DNA of 64,000 bases from Planctomycetota bacterium (GCA_047639315.1 JBLINQ010000001.1:20010-84009); one strand, 5' to 3'; shown: positions 18,713-29,063, numbered from the stretch's first letter. The notes: generated by a model not told the origin, from the sequence alone. A program made the numbers and translations.

Positions 18713-19852
18713 ATGCGTAACATCATGCCGGCAGCTTTGCCTTTTGCTCGTTGCCTTGCCCTCGCCTTCCTGCTTTGCGCCACTTCTGGCGCTCAGCGTG
18801 CCGAGATCGTCTATTTGAACTCCAAGGGTGATCAAAAAACGGACGCTAAGGCGTCGATCACCGAATGGACCTACACAGGCATCAAGTTCAAGGGAAAGAC
18901 CAAGCGCGATATCTCACCTGGTTCCTTGATCTCCGTCAAGTTCACTCGGCAACCAGTGATCTTCGAAGATGCCATGTTGCTGATGGAAGAAGGTGAACAA
19001 CGCAATGCGCTCCCACTTTTCCTCACCATCATCGAAGGCAAGAATGAAGAAGGTAAGGACCTAGGTAACCGAGACATCTGGATCCAAGAGCACGCACTCT
19101 TCAACGCATGGGTTATTTCACGAGGCATTGACCGTCTCGCCGATGCCAAAGCGCATCGCGAAGCACTTAAGAAGTCGTACCCAAAGAGTCACTACTTGCC
19201 AGAAATCGAATTCCGCGAAGCTGGCGATTTGTTTGCTTTTGGCGACTTCGGCAAATCCCTTACCGCCTTTGAGGCTTTTGGCGCCCGCGCCAGCAAGCTC
19301 GGATTCGGAAACAAGTACATCATCTTAGCTGGTGTCGGCCGCGTCCGTTCTTTGATCGGCGCAGGCAAGTCTTCCGAAGCCGAAACAGCTCAATCGAATC
19401 TGTCTGCCAAGGCCCTCAACGAGAGAACGCGACTTCGCTGCGAATTGCTTCGAGGTGATATTCTTGTCGCCAAGAAGAAATTCGGTGCAGCCGAAAGTCT
19501 CTTCACTGAAATGCTCAAGAAAGCAGACTTCGCGAAACAGCCTTACATTTTCGCTGGTGCCGCAAATGGACTCGGTGATTGCCTTTACGGTAGCGCCAAG
19601 TACAAGGAAGCCATGTATGAGTACTCAAAGACATTCGCTTTGCTCGCTGGCCAAGATGGACTTGACCACGAGAACGGTTGGGCCTTCTGGCGTTTTGCCA
19701 ACTGCTGCAAGCAGATCGCTGCCAAGACCGAAGGCCCCGAAGCCAAGGTCTACGCCTCACGCTTCCGTAAGAACCGTGATCGCGTTGCCGAAGAGTATCG
19801 ACTCTCTCGTGGCGGTCAGCTGGCTCGCCGCGAAAAAGGCATGGGCAAGTAG
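18713..19852 (+). CDS. Secreted hypothetical protein, alpha-helical/TPR-like.
   Basis: The ATG at 18713 (MRNIMPAALPFARCLALAFLLCATSGAQRA) is followed by a signal peptide. The rest is helical and repeat-like with no catalytic motif. Confidence 0.5.
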   Translation: MRNIMPAALPFARCLALAFLLCATSGAQRAEIVYLNSKGDQKTDAKASITEWTYTGIKFKGKTKRDISPGSLISVKFTRQPVIFEDAMLLMEEGEQRNALPLFLTIIEGKNEEGKDLGNRDIWIQEHALFNAWVISRGIDRLADAKAHREALKKSYPKSHYLPEIEFREAGDLFAFGDFGKSLTAFEAFGARASKLGFGNKYIILAGVGRVRSLIGAGKSSEAETAQSNLSAKALNERTRLRCELLRGDILVAKKKFGAAESLFTEMLKKADFAKQPYIFAGAANGLGDCLYGSAKYKEAMYEYSKTFALLAGQDGLDHENGWAFWRFANCCKQIAAKTEGPEAKVYASRFRKNRDRVAEEYRLSRGGQLARREKGMGK

Positions 19853-19879
19853 CCTGGTTGGCTCAGGGGTCTAACGAGA

Positions 19880-20527
19880 GTGGCAAGCAAGGCTGAGGCA
19901 AGCACTGGCGTCTGGAGATTCCAGCGCTTCATGTGCGTTGTAGTCAGGCTCTTCATGGGGGTTCTCTTTGGTCTGCGGGCGGTCAACGTTCCCAAGCTGA
20001 AGGGGCCCTTCATTCTCGCGCCCAATCACACCAGCTTCCTTGATCCTATGCTGGTGCAACTTGTCATGCCCCGCCATGTATCGTTCATGATGGATGGCAA
20101 GCTCTATCACCACAAACTTTTCTGTTGGTTCTACCGCTTCTGGCGTGTCATCCCGTTGTCGTCTGCGACTCGAGCTGTTGGCGCCATGAAAGATTGTTTG
20201 CGTGCTGTCAAAAGCGGTGAGCTCGTTGGAATCTTTCCGGAAGGCCATATTGCGAGCGACGGCCAACTCCAAGAGGGCATGGCGGGCGTCGGCTCGCTGA
20301 TGTTGCGTTCACGGGTTCCGGTCATCCCGGTCGCTATTTTGGGGGCCTACGATGTTCTTCCGCGCCGAGCCCAGTTTCCACGTGCTGGTCGCATCCTTAT
20401 TGTCTTCGGCGAACCAATCCAGCCGGATGCTGAAGTGGGCGATCGCAAAGAGGCATCGCAGAAGCTAACGGTTCGGGTGATGGAGCAGATCAAGGCGCTC
20501 CAACTCGAACACGCCTCTCAGCGTTGA
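19880..20527 (+). CDS. plsC: 1-acyl-sn-glycerol-3-phosphate acyltransferase family (lysophospholipid acyltransferase).
   Basis: The H(X)4D acyltransferase motif APNHTSFLDP and the FPEG motif (GIFPEGH) are present. The listed start is GTG at 19880; an ATG at 19931 is an alternative. Confidence 0.7.
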   Translation: MASKAEASTGVWRFQRFMCVVVRLFMGVLFGLRAVNVPKLKGPFILAPNHTSFLDPMLVQLVMPRHVSFMMDGKLYHHKLFCWFYRFWRVIPLSSATRAVGAMKDCLRAVKSGELVGIFPEGHIASDGQLQEGMAGVGSLMLRSRVPVIPVAILGAYDVLPRRAQFPRAGRILIVFGEPIQPDAEVGDRKEASQKLTVRVMEQIKALQLEHASQR

Positions 20528-21732
20528 AGTGACCCAAAGAACTTGGTCAATCTCGCCGCAGCTCGCTGGAGTTCTTCCATCGATGTTGCATAGGAAATGC
20601 GAATCGTCTCCGGAGCCCCGAACGCCTCTCCTGGTACAACTGCAACGAGAGCTTCATCGATTAAGACGTCGCAGAGATCGAGGGCTGTGTTGATTTGACG
20701 GTCACCATAGCGCGACCCGAACCATGCCGAAACATTAGGGAGGGCATAGAAGGCTGCTTGCGGCGCATGGCAAGTAATGTCGCCGATGTCATCAAGGAAT
20801 CCCAGGACGAACCTCGACCTTTCCTCGTAGGCATCGACCATGTTCTGGATGAAAGCATCGTCGGTAAATTCGAGCGCTTTTGACGCCGCCAACTGCGCAA
20901 TTGTATTTGCGCATGAAGTCGAATGACTTTGGACGGTGGCGATTTTGCTGACGATGTCAGCAGGGCCGGCGACGAAACCGATTCGCCATCCAGTCATGCA
21001 ATAAGTCTTCGACATACCGTAGATAACCAGCGATTGATCACGCAGCTCCGGAACCACCATGGGGAGGTTCATGAATTCATGACCAGGGAAAACAAGCCGA
21101 GCATAGATGTCATCACAAATCGCCCAAATTTCTTTACCCTTAATCACTTCACCGATCGCTAATAACTCGTCTCGACTCATGACGCGTCCGGACGGATTGC
21201 TCGGGGTATTGATAATAATGGCGCGTGTGCGATCAGTAATATGGCTGGCGAGTACGGTAGCATCGATACTAAAGTCGCTCTTGCAAGGTACGATGATCGG
21301 TTCGAGTGCTAATGCACGACACATTTCCGGGTAGGATGTCCAGTAGGGTGAGAGAATGAGAATCTCATCCCCTGGATCTGCAACAACATAGAGTGCGTTG
21401 AAGATGGATTGTTTGGCACCGGAACTCACCACGATCTCGTTCGGCGCGTACTCAAATTGATTCAAATCTGAAATCGATTTGGCAGCGCTTCGTTGAAGAT
21501 CAGGAAGACCAGCCACTGCAGTGTAGCGGCCGAGGCCAGCGGCAATGGCCTCCGATGCTGAACTGTCGACGATCGGAGGTGGAGAAAAGTCGGGCTCACC
21601 AGCAGCCAGGCCGATGACATCTTTGCCATCAGCTTTGTATTGTTGGGCCCGAGCAGAAATCTCTAGGGTCAAGGATGGATTCACGTGTTTCAATCGTTGT
21701 GAAATACGCATAAGAAAGAACTCCCGCGGCAA
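20518..21732 (-). CDS. Class I/II PLP-dependent aminotransferase (aspartate aminotransferase-like).
   Basis: NPSLTLEISARAQQYKADGKDVIGLAAGEPDF, SPYWTSYPE, NTPSNPSG and SKTYCMTGWRIG (PLP lysine) are present. Confidence 0.8.
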   Translation of the reverse strand: MPREFFLMRISQRLKHVNPSLTLEISARAQQYKADGKDVIGLAAGEPDFSPPPIVDSSASEAIAAGLGRYTAVAGLPDLQRSAAKSISDLNQFEYAPNEIVVSSGAKQSIFNALYVVADPGDEILILSPYWTSYPEMCRALALEPIIVPCKSDFSIDATVLASHITDRTRAIIINTPSNPSGRVMSRDELLAIGEVIKGKEIWAICDDIYARLVFPGHEFMNLPMVVPELRDQSLVIYGMSKTYCMTGWRIGFVAGPADIVSKIATVQSHSTSCANTIAQLAASKALEFTDDAFIQNMVDAYEERSRFVLGFLDDIGDITCHAPQAAFYALPNVSAWFGSRYGDRQINTALDLCDVLIDEALVAVVPGEAFGAPETIRISYATSMEELQRAAARLTKFFGSLQR

Positions 21733-21809
21733 CTTTGTTGGGCTCAGACAATCTCAGGACCAGTATCTTTACTAGCCCATGGTGCAGACAGTAGAATTCG
21801 AATCGAAAT

Positions 21810-23813
21810 ATGAAAAATGATCTACTAAGAAAACTCGGAGCATCCAGAAAGCGGGTCATTTTCGCCGCCATTTTGGGACTTCTTCTCGCATATGGGCTCA
21901 TTTGGACCAAATCCAACATATATGACCCCTTCTACGACGACTACGACGACCTCCGGGTGTTTGTGCCTTCGGACGCTGATTTCGCTGTCTTCTCAGTAGA
22001 CCTTCCCACATTGATCAAAGGATTGGAAGATCGACCTTTCATCAGTCAACTAGATCGCAACCAAAATTTTGGTCAGTTCCTCAACAGCGACTTGGTGACT
22101 GAGACCCAAATCATCCCCCAAATTCGTGAAGCTTACCGTCACATACGGGAGATCGACTCGGAATTGCCGTTCGATCTCAAGGCGCTTGGTGATCTTTCCG
22201 GCAGCGAGGTCGTGATCTCAGGCTTCGCACCCGAAACATCGGATGGCGATTTTGGCATCATAGTCGCCATTCAACCCCAATCGAACCTAGCGGTAGCGGC
22301 GGCCAACGCGCTCATGAATTCCACCTTGTCTGGTCTCTTTAGCGATAACCTCGGTGCAGAAGAGATCGAACATTTTGGCTGGGGGGTGCAAATGACCTTC
22401 AATCAAAATGGCAAGAGAACAGTGATCGGACTGGCGCGTGTTGAGCGAGTCCTCCTTATCGGCACCGACATTCCCAGGCTGGCACGTTTCGTCAAGAACG
22501 CCAAGACTGAGGGAATCTTGGACATCCCCGAAGACCGTATGGACCCGAATTGGGTTTGGTCACCTCGGTCCAGAAGTGCGATCAGCGTGATGGTCCGATC
22601 TGACTTTCTTCTGAGGCGAATGGATTTCCATAACAACATCTTGATTCCGATGTGGGGCATCGACATCGCTCAGGCTTTTGAGCGTGGTTTTCCACAATTC
22701 TCGAACGGGGATGCTCATCTTCAGGTTGATTGCACAACTGAAGCGGATCTCAAGATGTCGATCGACATCGATAACGATAATGGATCCGACCTGTTCTCGA
22801 AGTGCGGTCCATTGGACCAAGATGAAGTCCAGTCCCAGATCACTGAGGTGGTCGGTAAACTTCCGCATCATATCTTTGCCTATTCAGCGATGGGCAGTCA
22901 TCCTGCTGACCTGCTCACTAATTCTCTGCGCGAAAAATCCATCATCGATCAAGATCAGCGTGAGTTACTCTATGCCGGATTGGTGGAGTTAGAGTCTTTC
23001 AAACGATACAAGCAACCGAACGACGTCGTCCCAGAGTTCCCCCGTCCACTATCCAACAAGCTGAAGGACATGTTTGATCCAGGCTTGGGGATGGTTTTCT
23101 TTAAGAAAGAACGAAAAGGAAACACGTCGGATGGAAGCCCAGGTTTTGCCTGTCTACTCAAAATCAAAGATGAACTTCTTCTTCGTGACTTCATTGAAGA
23201 GATTGATAAAGCGTTCAAGCAACCCTTCGACTTTTTCAATGACGGCGTTGAATTCTGGCGGGTGAGCAAGAAAAGCTTCTTGGACGACGCCGAAAACAAT
23301 GATCCCGGTTTTGCGATCATGGGCAAATACTTCGTCATTACGAATTGGGCGCGGTTGTTCACCGAAACACAAGAAGTCATCAAGAAGAACCGCCCTTCTA
23401 TGCCCCAGCGGGAGCAGTTGGAATATCAGATCTTCAACATGACCCCTGGCACCAAATGCATGGTTTTTGTCGACACGATTCGGCTCTACGACCACATGGA
23501 CCAAGCCAAGGAAAGTTGGATCGAAGAACGCAGCAAAATCGACGAATTGGAGAAATTCGTGGCGCGGAGTCGGCTATCTGGAAAATGGTCTCGAAGTGGC
23601 TCGAACGAATCCGAGGAAAAATGGGTCGATCGCGAATTTGAGACCTGGCTTCGAGCGACTAAGTCTGAGCGGAGTCCAGTGGCCATTAGGCGCAAGGTTG
23701 AGCGTAATTTGGATCATTTCAGGGATGCATTCTCCTATTTCTATGCCGACATAGGGCAAGATGGCCCCTATTTTAGGCTCCGCCTTTCCCTGGCGACGCA
23801 GGAAAATTACTGA
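21810..23813 (+). CDS. Hypothetical membrane-anchored protein (667 aa) with no recognisable domain.
   Basis: A long ORF carries an N-terminal TM helix (VIFAAILGLLLAYGLIW). The stop was checked at 23811-23813. Confidence 0.5.
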   Translation: MKNDLLRKLGASRKRVIFAAILGLLLAYGLIWTKSNIYDPFYDDYDDLRVFVPSDADFAVFSVDLPTLIKGLEDRPFISQLDRNQNFGQFLNSDLVTETQIIPQIREAYRHIREIDSELPFDLKALGDLSGSEVVISGFAPETSDGDFGIIVAIQPQSNLAVAAANALMNSTLSGLFSDNLGAEEIEHFGWGVQMTFNQNGKRTVIGLARVERVLLIGTDIPRLARFVKNAKTEGILDIPEDRMDPNWVWSPRSRSAISVMVRSDFLLRRMDFHNNILIPMWGIDIAQAFERGFPQFSNGDAHLQVDCTTEADLKMSIDIDNDNGSDLFSKCGPLDQDEVQSQITEVVGKLPHHIFAYSAMGSHPADLLTNSLREKSIIDQDQRELLYAGLVELESFKRYKQPNDVVPEFPRPLSNKLKDMFDPGLGMVFFKKERKGNTSDGSPGFACLLKIKDELLLRDFIEEIDKAFKQPFDFFNDGVEFWRVSKKSFLDDAENNDPGFAIMGKYFVITNWARLFTETQEVIKKNRPSMPQREQLEYQIFNMTPGTKCMVFVDTIRLYDHMDQAKESWIEERSKIDELEKFVARSRLSGKWSRSGSNESEEKWVDREFETWLRATKSERSPVAIRRKVERNLDHFRDAFSYFYADIGQDGPYFRLRLSLATQENY

Positions 23814-23872
23814 AGACGAAATTTTGCTCTGGAAGCCCTTCTTTGACCCCATATAATCCCTCAACCATCTGA

Positions 23873-23958
<86 letters not shown>

Positions 23959-23964
23959 CTCGAG

Positions 23965-23997
23965 CCGGACGATCCAACGGATCGTCCGGCTTTTTTT
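23965..23997 (+). terminator. Rho-independent terminator following tRNA-Leu.
   Basis: CCGGACGATCC-aac-GGATCGTCCGG is followed by C and 7 T. Confidence 0.8.
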
Positions 23998-24140
23998 GTA
24001 TCAACAGGAACGTCCTATGTCGTAGCCGGCGCTTCTCTGCGTCCAATCGCTCGATCATGAGGGGTGACGGCACTTGGCGGTACCGTCCAAGAGGTGTCGT
24101 TTCGCCTGGACTTCTTCGTTTTCTTCGGTTCATCTGAAAC

Positions 24141-24180
24141 GAAAAAAACGGGCAACGTGGATTGAACCACGTTGCCCGTT
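24141..24180 (-). terminator. Rho-independent terminator for the minus-strand secreted-protein gene.
   Basis: The plus strand shows GAAAAAAACGGGCAACGTGG-attgaa-CCACGTTGCCCGTT. On the minus strand this is a 14-bp stem followed by a U-run, about 38 nt after the stop at 24218. Confidence 0.75.
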
Positions 24181-24217
24181 TGCTTGATTGCGTTCTATTG
24201 GTCTAAGAAACGAGAGA

Positions 24218-25228
24218 TTATGAGTCTTCCGCAACGCCCCAAATACCACGTTTGACCTCTGTAGGGACCCAACCACCTGGGGTGAGTACGCCTAACATGT
24301 AGTCAAAGACGAAGCCGACCGGAGCGACTCCGAGGAAGACATTGGCGTCGAACTCACCCAAGCCGTTGCTGATATCGTGAAGTCCAGTTGTGCCAAGTGG
24401 CAGAGCAAGAATACCGAGTAGCTGGGAGTCAAGATAAAGGCCACCAAAGAATCCACCACCCTTAGGCCCAGATGTGTCATGGCTCACCAAGGTGAAGTAT
24501 TCAGCGAATGGAACCTCAGTCTTGACGCTAAGCTGAACAAAGCCAGCCTGTGGGATGAACCTGACCCCGTTGGACGCGAAGGGCGTACCTGGGCTGTGCG
24601 TGATGTTGTCGATGTGTGCGCGAGGGGCAACGAGGTTGTCTCCCGAATTGCCCAAGTGGATCTTGATCTCGAATGGAATCGTCACGTTGGCGCCAATGAA
24701 TGTGGCACCAAGGTCAATGGCAACGTGGGTGACGACTGAAGATTGAAGACCAGTGAGTGTCAACGAACCGTTCGGGATAGCATCATTTATGGTGTCGAGG
24801 TGAAGGATGTTTTGGGTAACGCCGCCGGCAGAGATGCTGACCTCGAGGAAGTCGGGGTTGGTGTCATCGTTGCCAAGCAAGACCGCATCAAACTCAAGTG
24901 TTGTGTCGGATGAGTTTGGAAAAAAGAAAAACTGGCTCAGCGTCACTGTACCTGTAGCGTCAGTGCCAAACCCACCTGGGTTGGAGTGTGGTGTTGCTGG
25001 GCCATTCGTGCCACCAGTCATGACCGCGAAGCGGGTGCCCTGAGTTGGCATCGAGACGTCGAACGTGGAAACAAACGAACCACCGCCATTGGGATTAAAG
25101 GTCCAGCTCTGTGGTGTTCCAATAGCACTGGCTTCAAAATCGGCGTTTACGATTTGAGCCGAAGCCGGATTGGTGAACACGGCGACGCTCACTACGAGCG
25201 CCAAAGCAATAAGCGAAATACGAGACAT
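24218..25228 (-). CDS. Secreted hypothetical protein.
   Basis: The ATG at 25228 (MSRISLIALALVVSVAVFTNPASAQ) is followed by a signal peptide. The sequence is Gly/Thr/Asn-rich and beta-type. The ORF-table start (TTG at 25300) adds 24 aa without signal character. Confidence 0.5.
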   Translation of the reverse strand: MSRISLIALALVVSVAVFTNPASAQIVNADFEASAIGTPQSWTFNPNGGGSFVSTFDVSMPTQGTRFAVMTGGTNGPATPHSNPGGFGTDATGTVTLSQFFFFPNSSDTTLEFDAVLLGNDDTNPDFLEVSISAGGVTQNILHLDTINDAIPNGSLTLTGLQSSVVTHVAIDLGATFIGANVTIPFEIKIHLGNSGDNLVAPRAHIDNITHSPGTPFASNGVRFIPQAGFVQLSVKTEVPFAEYFTLVSHDTSGPKGGGFFGGLYLDSQLLGILALPLGTTGLHDISNGLGEFDANVFLGVAPVGFVFDYMLGVLTPGGWVPTEVKRGIWGVAEDS

Positions 25229-25517
25229 ATCTTCTCCGTCCTGCTGCATTATTTTTCTATGGACCGGCAAAGCAAAAGGTGACGCGCACGCTTCAGGCAA
25301 GAGGGTCGCGACACCCTTCGAGGTGATGTGCCTATTGAACCTGGAAACACTGTTTTCGCACAGAAAAATCGGTTTCCTCTGATATATTTCCTCGAGAAAT
25401 TTCTCTTTTAGGGCTCATGCCTTTCCTGAATCTGCCTAAAAGAAGGAGGAAAAAGAATAGAAGGGTTTGTCGGAAACCCAGTAGTGGACGTAAGTCCGTG
25501 TAATTAAGGAGCTTCCA

Positions 25518-25826
25518 ATGGACATAAGAGATGTCAGCGCGGAAATCAGTCGAGCCTCGCAAAAGGACCGACCGGACCCTTCGCGCCGAGGAAGTGCCTC
25601 AGCAAAGGCTCATAAAACGACCGGAGATCGAGATCATTTCGAGAATTCCGGGCAATTGGGCCAAGTACGTGCCTTGATTGATTTGTTGGCTCAAACTCCG
25701 GAGATCAGCCAAGAGGCTGTCGAACGAGGAAAACAACTCCTCGCAAGCGGAGAGTTGGATAGCCCAGCGGGTGCAGCCAAGGCAGCTGAAGGCTTCTTAG
25801 CAGAGGGGGGTGGGTTCTTCGGTTAA
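25518..25826 (+). CDS. flgM: Anti-sigma-28 factor FlgM-like.
   Basis: It is a 102-aa unstructured-type protein. The C-terminus EISQEAVERGKQLLASGELDSPAGAAKAAEGFL resembles the FlgM sigma-28-binding helix region. It sits in a flagellar neighbourhood. Confidence 0.5.
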   Translation: MDIRDVSAEISRASQKDRPDPSRRGSASAKAHKTTGDRDHFENSGQLGQVRALIDLLAQTPEISQEAVERGKQLLASGELDSPAGAAKAAEGFLAEGGGFFG

Positions 25827-25949
25827 TTAGAACCGTAGAAAACACCGTATATCGCCGACCGGCATTCGTGCCGAACAATGTTGAAGTGCAAACGGGAGGC
25901 TCGAAAGAGCCTCCCGTTTTCTATTTCAGATTCTGTTCGACGAGTCGAA

Positions 25950-27626
25950 CTACTCAGCCAAGGCTGGGGTAGCTTTCTTCGGCGAGGTGAGCGGTTGAAG
26001 CTCGATGGACTTCCAGCCAACGTATCCGTAACCCCAGCAGAAGAGGCCAAGGAAAGGAACAGCTAACCAAAGGCCTTGCATGACAGCGTAGCCGGTGACG
26101 AACGCAAAGTAGACCGAGAACGCAAGCTCCAAGGCTGGCAGCATAGATTTGGAAGCGGCGTAGCGCTTCTTCTTCCAGCCTTCACCCTTTTCGTTGGCAT
26201 CGACTTGGTACTTCGGCGTGCGGACAAATGGGCTTTCTTGCCCACGAAGCGCTTCGATTACGGCCTTAGCCTGATTCAACGCCATGCCGATACCGAGGCC
26301 CATCAGCAAAGGCATGTAGATCGCCTTCTTGTACCACTTTTCATCGATTTGGCGCTCAGCGTAAGCATAGAAGCTTAAGATGCTGACCGTGGCACCAACA
26401 AAGAGGCTGACGTCGAAGATTGTCGCCCATATTCCAGTCAAGATTTGGCAGCGGTAATACAGTGCTGGGAACATCAAGAGGGACAACGCGATCATGAACA
26501 AGTAAGTGATGTTGTTGGTCAGATGGAAAGTACATTCGATCTTCACTTTAAGCGGCTGCTTGCTTTTCCAAATTGGAACGAGCATGTGCAGCATGGCTTG
26601 AATGAAGCCCTTGGCCCAGCGATGTTGCTGAGTCTTGTAGCCATTCATGTCGACAGGCAATTCAGCCGGGACACCTTGGTCGACCAAGTAAACACCACGC
26701 CAGCCACTGAGTTGAGCTCGGTAAGAAAGATCTAAATCTTCAACCAGCGTGCGGTGTGACCAGCCACCGGACTTGTCGATGCAAGCGCGGCGCCAGGTTC
26801 CGGCTGTGCCTGAGAAGCTAAAGAAACGTCCTGAGCGCTGGCGGCCAGTGTGCTCAAGCACAAAGTGACCGTTCAAATAAAGCGCCTGAAGCTTCGTCAG
26901 TAGGGAGTGATTTTCGTTGATGTGGGCCCAGCGAGCCTGCACGAAGCCAACTTCTGGGTCGGTGTAGTGGTGAACTTGGCGACGTAGGAAGTCAGCGTGC
27001 GGCACAAAGTCGGCATCAAACATGCAGATGATTTCGCCACGGGCCGTCTTTAAACCGTTTTCGAGTGCGCCAGCTTTATAGCCACTGCGGTCGGTCCGAT
27101 GGATGACTTCAATATCGAAGCCTTCATTTTTCCAGCGCGCTGCGGCACGACGACTGATTGCCACGGTTTCGTCCGTCGAATCGTCAAGCACCTGCACTTG
27201 GAATCGATCCTTTGGGTAGTCCATCTTGCAGACCGCATCGATGATTCGATTGGCGACATACATTTCGTTGAAGATGGCAAGTTGAACGGTGACGATCGGC
27301 AACTCTTCGTCGCCGTACATCCGCTTCGGTGTGGGCACATTCTTCTTGTTTGAAGAATAGAACCACATGATGAAATAGCGATGAACGCCGAAAAGCCACA
27401 ACAAGAAAAGTGTGACGGCATAGAGTCCGAGAACGAGAGGCTTGAACCACCCTGCGTCCACAGGCGCAGCAACTGCACCTTTCAGCAAACTATCCGTAAA
27501 AACTGCAAAACCGTGTCCAAACATCGGTTGATCCTCAAATGCCAGGGAACTGTCGAGCCCGCATTGTTGATGAAATGCACCATGAATCGAAGGTCCTACA
27601 ATCAGACCGATTCGAATTCTTGTCAT
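25950..27626 (-). CDS. Processive family-2 glycosyltransferase (cellulose-synthase/CslA-like beta-glycan synthase), multi-TM, with no PilZ domain.
   Basis: QVLDDSTDET and DADF (D, D, DXD motifs) plus QQHRWAKG (QxxRW) are present, flanked by N- and C-terminal TM helices. Confidence 0.75.
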   Translation of the reverse strand: MTRIRIGLIVGPSIHGAFHQQCGLDSSLAFEDQPMFGHGFAVFTDSLLKGAVAAPVDAGWFKPLVLGLYAVTLFLLWLFGVHRYFIMWFYSSNKKNVPTPKRMYGDEELPIVTVQLAIFNEMYVANRIIDAVCKMDYPKDRFQVQVLDDSTDETVAISRRAAARWKNEGFDIEVIHRTDRSGYKAGALENGLKTARGEIICMFDADFVPHADFLRRQVHHYTDPEVGFVQARWAHINENHSLLTKLQALYLNGHFVLEHTGRQRSGRFFSFSGTAGTWRRACIDKSGGWSHRTLVEDLDLSYRAQLSGWRGVYLVDQGVPAELPVDMNGYKTQQHRWAKGFIQAMLHMLVPIWKSKQPLKVKIECTFHLTNNITYLFMIALSLLMFPALYYRCQILTGIWATIFDVSLFVGATVSILSFYAYAERQIDEKWYKKAIYMPLLMGLGIGMALNQAKAVIEALRGQESPFVRTPKYQVDANEKGEGWKKKRYAASKSMLPALELAFSVYFAFVTGYAVMQGLWLAVPFLGLFCWGYGYVGWKSIELQPLTSPKKATPALAE

Positions 27627-27861
27627 CTCCCGCAGGCAGCTTGCGCTACCTGGGCGGGTACTTTGGCGCCATCTTGTTCACGACCTAATCGCAGCACACG
27701 GGCGCATCTTGCGCCCCGGCATACTGCTCACATGTAAACAGGAGGTGAACGTCGGATGATAGGGAGGGATAAGAACAGGTTCAAGGACGGCGTAATTGGC
27801 GGCGGGCTGTGAAGTTACGACTTACGGCCACCAAGGGCATGGGGCCGTAAGTCGTTTTCTA

Positions 27862-28527
27862 TTAACGCTTTGCGATGGGTGCTTTTTTGTGTCGCCGAGG
27901 TTTGAGTGCCGCTGCGAGAGTTGCGGCAATACGCGAAGAGGCGTATTCACCAAACAATCGTGGAGAAATCAGCACTTTCTCGTGGTCGAGGAGTGACCCC
28001 TCTTCCCACTTTTCGGTGTCATAGTAGTGATGAACATCTTGCTCAATCATCCTGGAGGACGCATCGAGGAGCAGGTCGGTGGCCCAAGGGACTTGACCTG
28101 TTCGGCAATCGAGCAGAGTGAGGCGAAGCCCCACAACAATCTGGGGGAATACTTGATAATGGGTCACAATCCCGTGAATCACGCCTTCAGCACCGAAGCG
28201 CCGACTCAACGTGATCAAGTCTTCTGTCTGGTAGGTACCTTGGCGTCGCGTCGAATCGAAATCGGTATCTGCTAGGTCATTTTGGGCGACCGGCAAGAGT
28301 TCGAACAAGTGCTTGGCCGTAATGGCACGCAAAAGGCTTGTTTCCAAGTTATCGACCGGGGCATGGCCCTTGATCTCTGTTCGCAGTGGCATCATCACCA
28401 CGCGCCGGAGACCGCCGACCGATTGGGCTTCGGCGTGGTAGGGAAATGCTCCTGGGTCCGAGACTGGCGTGTTTACGCAGCCGGTCAAGCAAACAAGGAG
28501 ACAGAGAACAACGAGTGAGGCCCTCAT
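27862..28527 (-). CDS. Lipoprotein, hypothetical.
   Basis: MRASLVVLCLLVCLTGC contains the lipobox LTGC. Confidence 0.55.
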   Translation of the reverse strand: MRASLVVLCLLVCLTGCVNTPVSDPGAFPYHAEAQSVGGLRRVVMMPLRTEIKGHAPVDNLETSLLRAITAKHLFELLPVAQNDLADTDFDSTRRQGTYQTEDLITLSRRFGAEGVIHGIVTHYQVFPQIVVGLRLTLLDCRTGQVPWATDLLLDASSRMIEQDVHHYYDTEKWEEGSLLDHEKVLISPRLFGEYASSRIAATLAAALKPRRHKKAPIAKR

Positions 28528-29063
28528 TGACCGTCTCCTTTGGTCAGGTCGCGAATCTTCATATCTGCCACCATCTGTTGATAGTGAACAGAATCCAATT
28601 GAGCGCGAAGCAAACGCTCTTTCAACTTCTTCTCGCGATCGGCCGAGCTGGCGAGAGTTGCCTCATACTCCTCGATCATGGTGGCCAGAGTTGACTCGCT
28701 CGACTGTGCTTCCTTGCGAATCTTGACGGCAGCAGTACGCTCCTCGTCAGCGGCTTTCAGTTTTCTATTTAACTCAAAGACCTGGTGCTCAAGGCGATCG
28801 ATCTTACTGAGATATTGCGTGTCGGCTTTTCGTTCGTCCAAGTCTGGAACTTGAACATCCCGGTTCGATGTGGCGCTAATTTCGCGTCGAGGTTTGCCGC
28901 CATCAGGGATCTCGTTTTTGAGATCGTCACGAACCGATTGGCAACCGCCCAGAAGCAAAAGGCTGGCGATCAGCGCGACCGACAAAAGACTATATTTGTT
29001 TTCAATCACGATGCATTCTCCTGACTTGGGTAAACACACTCGACAAAGGTCGTTTGGCCACAA
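28524..29063 (-). CDS. Lipoprotein with coiled-coil region, hypothetical.
   Basis: LLSVALIASLLLLGGCQS contains the lipobox LGGC. The remaining ~120 aa are heptad-rich and helical. The listed start is TTG and the true start may lie further downstream. Confidence 0.5.
   Translation of the reverse strand: MWPNDLCRVCLPKSGECIVIENKYSLLSVALIASLLLLGGCQSVRDDLKNEIPDGGKPRREISATSNRDVQVPDLDERKADTQYLSKIDRLEHQVFELNRKLKAADEERTAAVKIRKEAQSSESTLATMIEEYEATLASSADREKKLKERLLRAQLDSVHYQQMVADMKIRDLTKGDGQ

Noticed and set aside
23959-24217. Possible integrated element downstream of tRNA-Leu.
   Set aside because: There is no integrase, no repeat of the tRNA 3' end that I could find, and no composition shift. The region holds only two convergent terminators.
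24986-25282. Plus-strand 98-aa ORF inside the minus-strand secreted-protein gene. I also suspected a coordinate slip near 25300.
   Set aside because: It is a shadow ORF. The apparent slip was my own mis-transcription of a sequence line and disappeared on re-reading. ORF-table coordinates are internally consistent.
25301-25517. Searched the flgM upstream region for a sigma-28 promoter (TAAA-N15-GCCGATAA).
   Set aside because: There is only a weak partial match (TAAA ... GTCGGAAA), not convincing enough to annotate.
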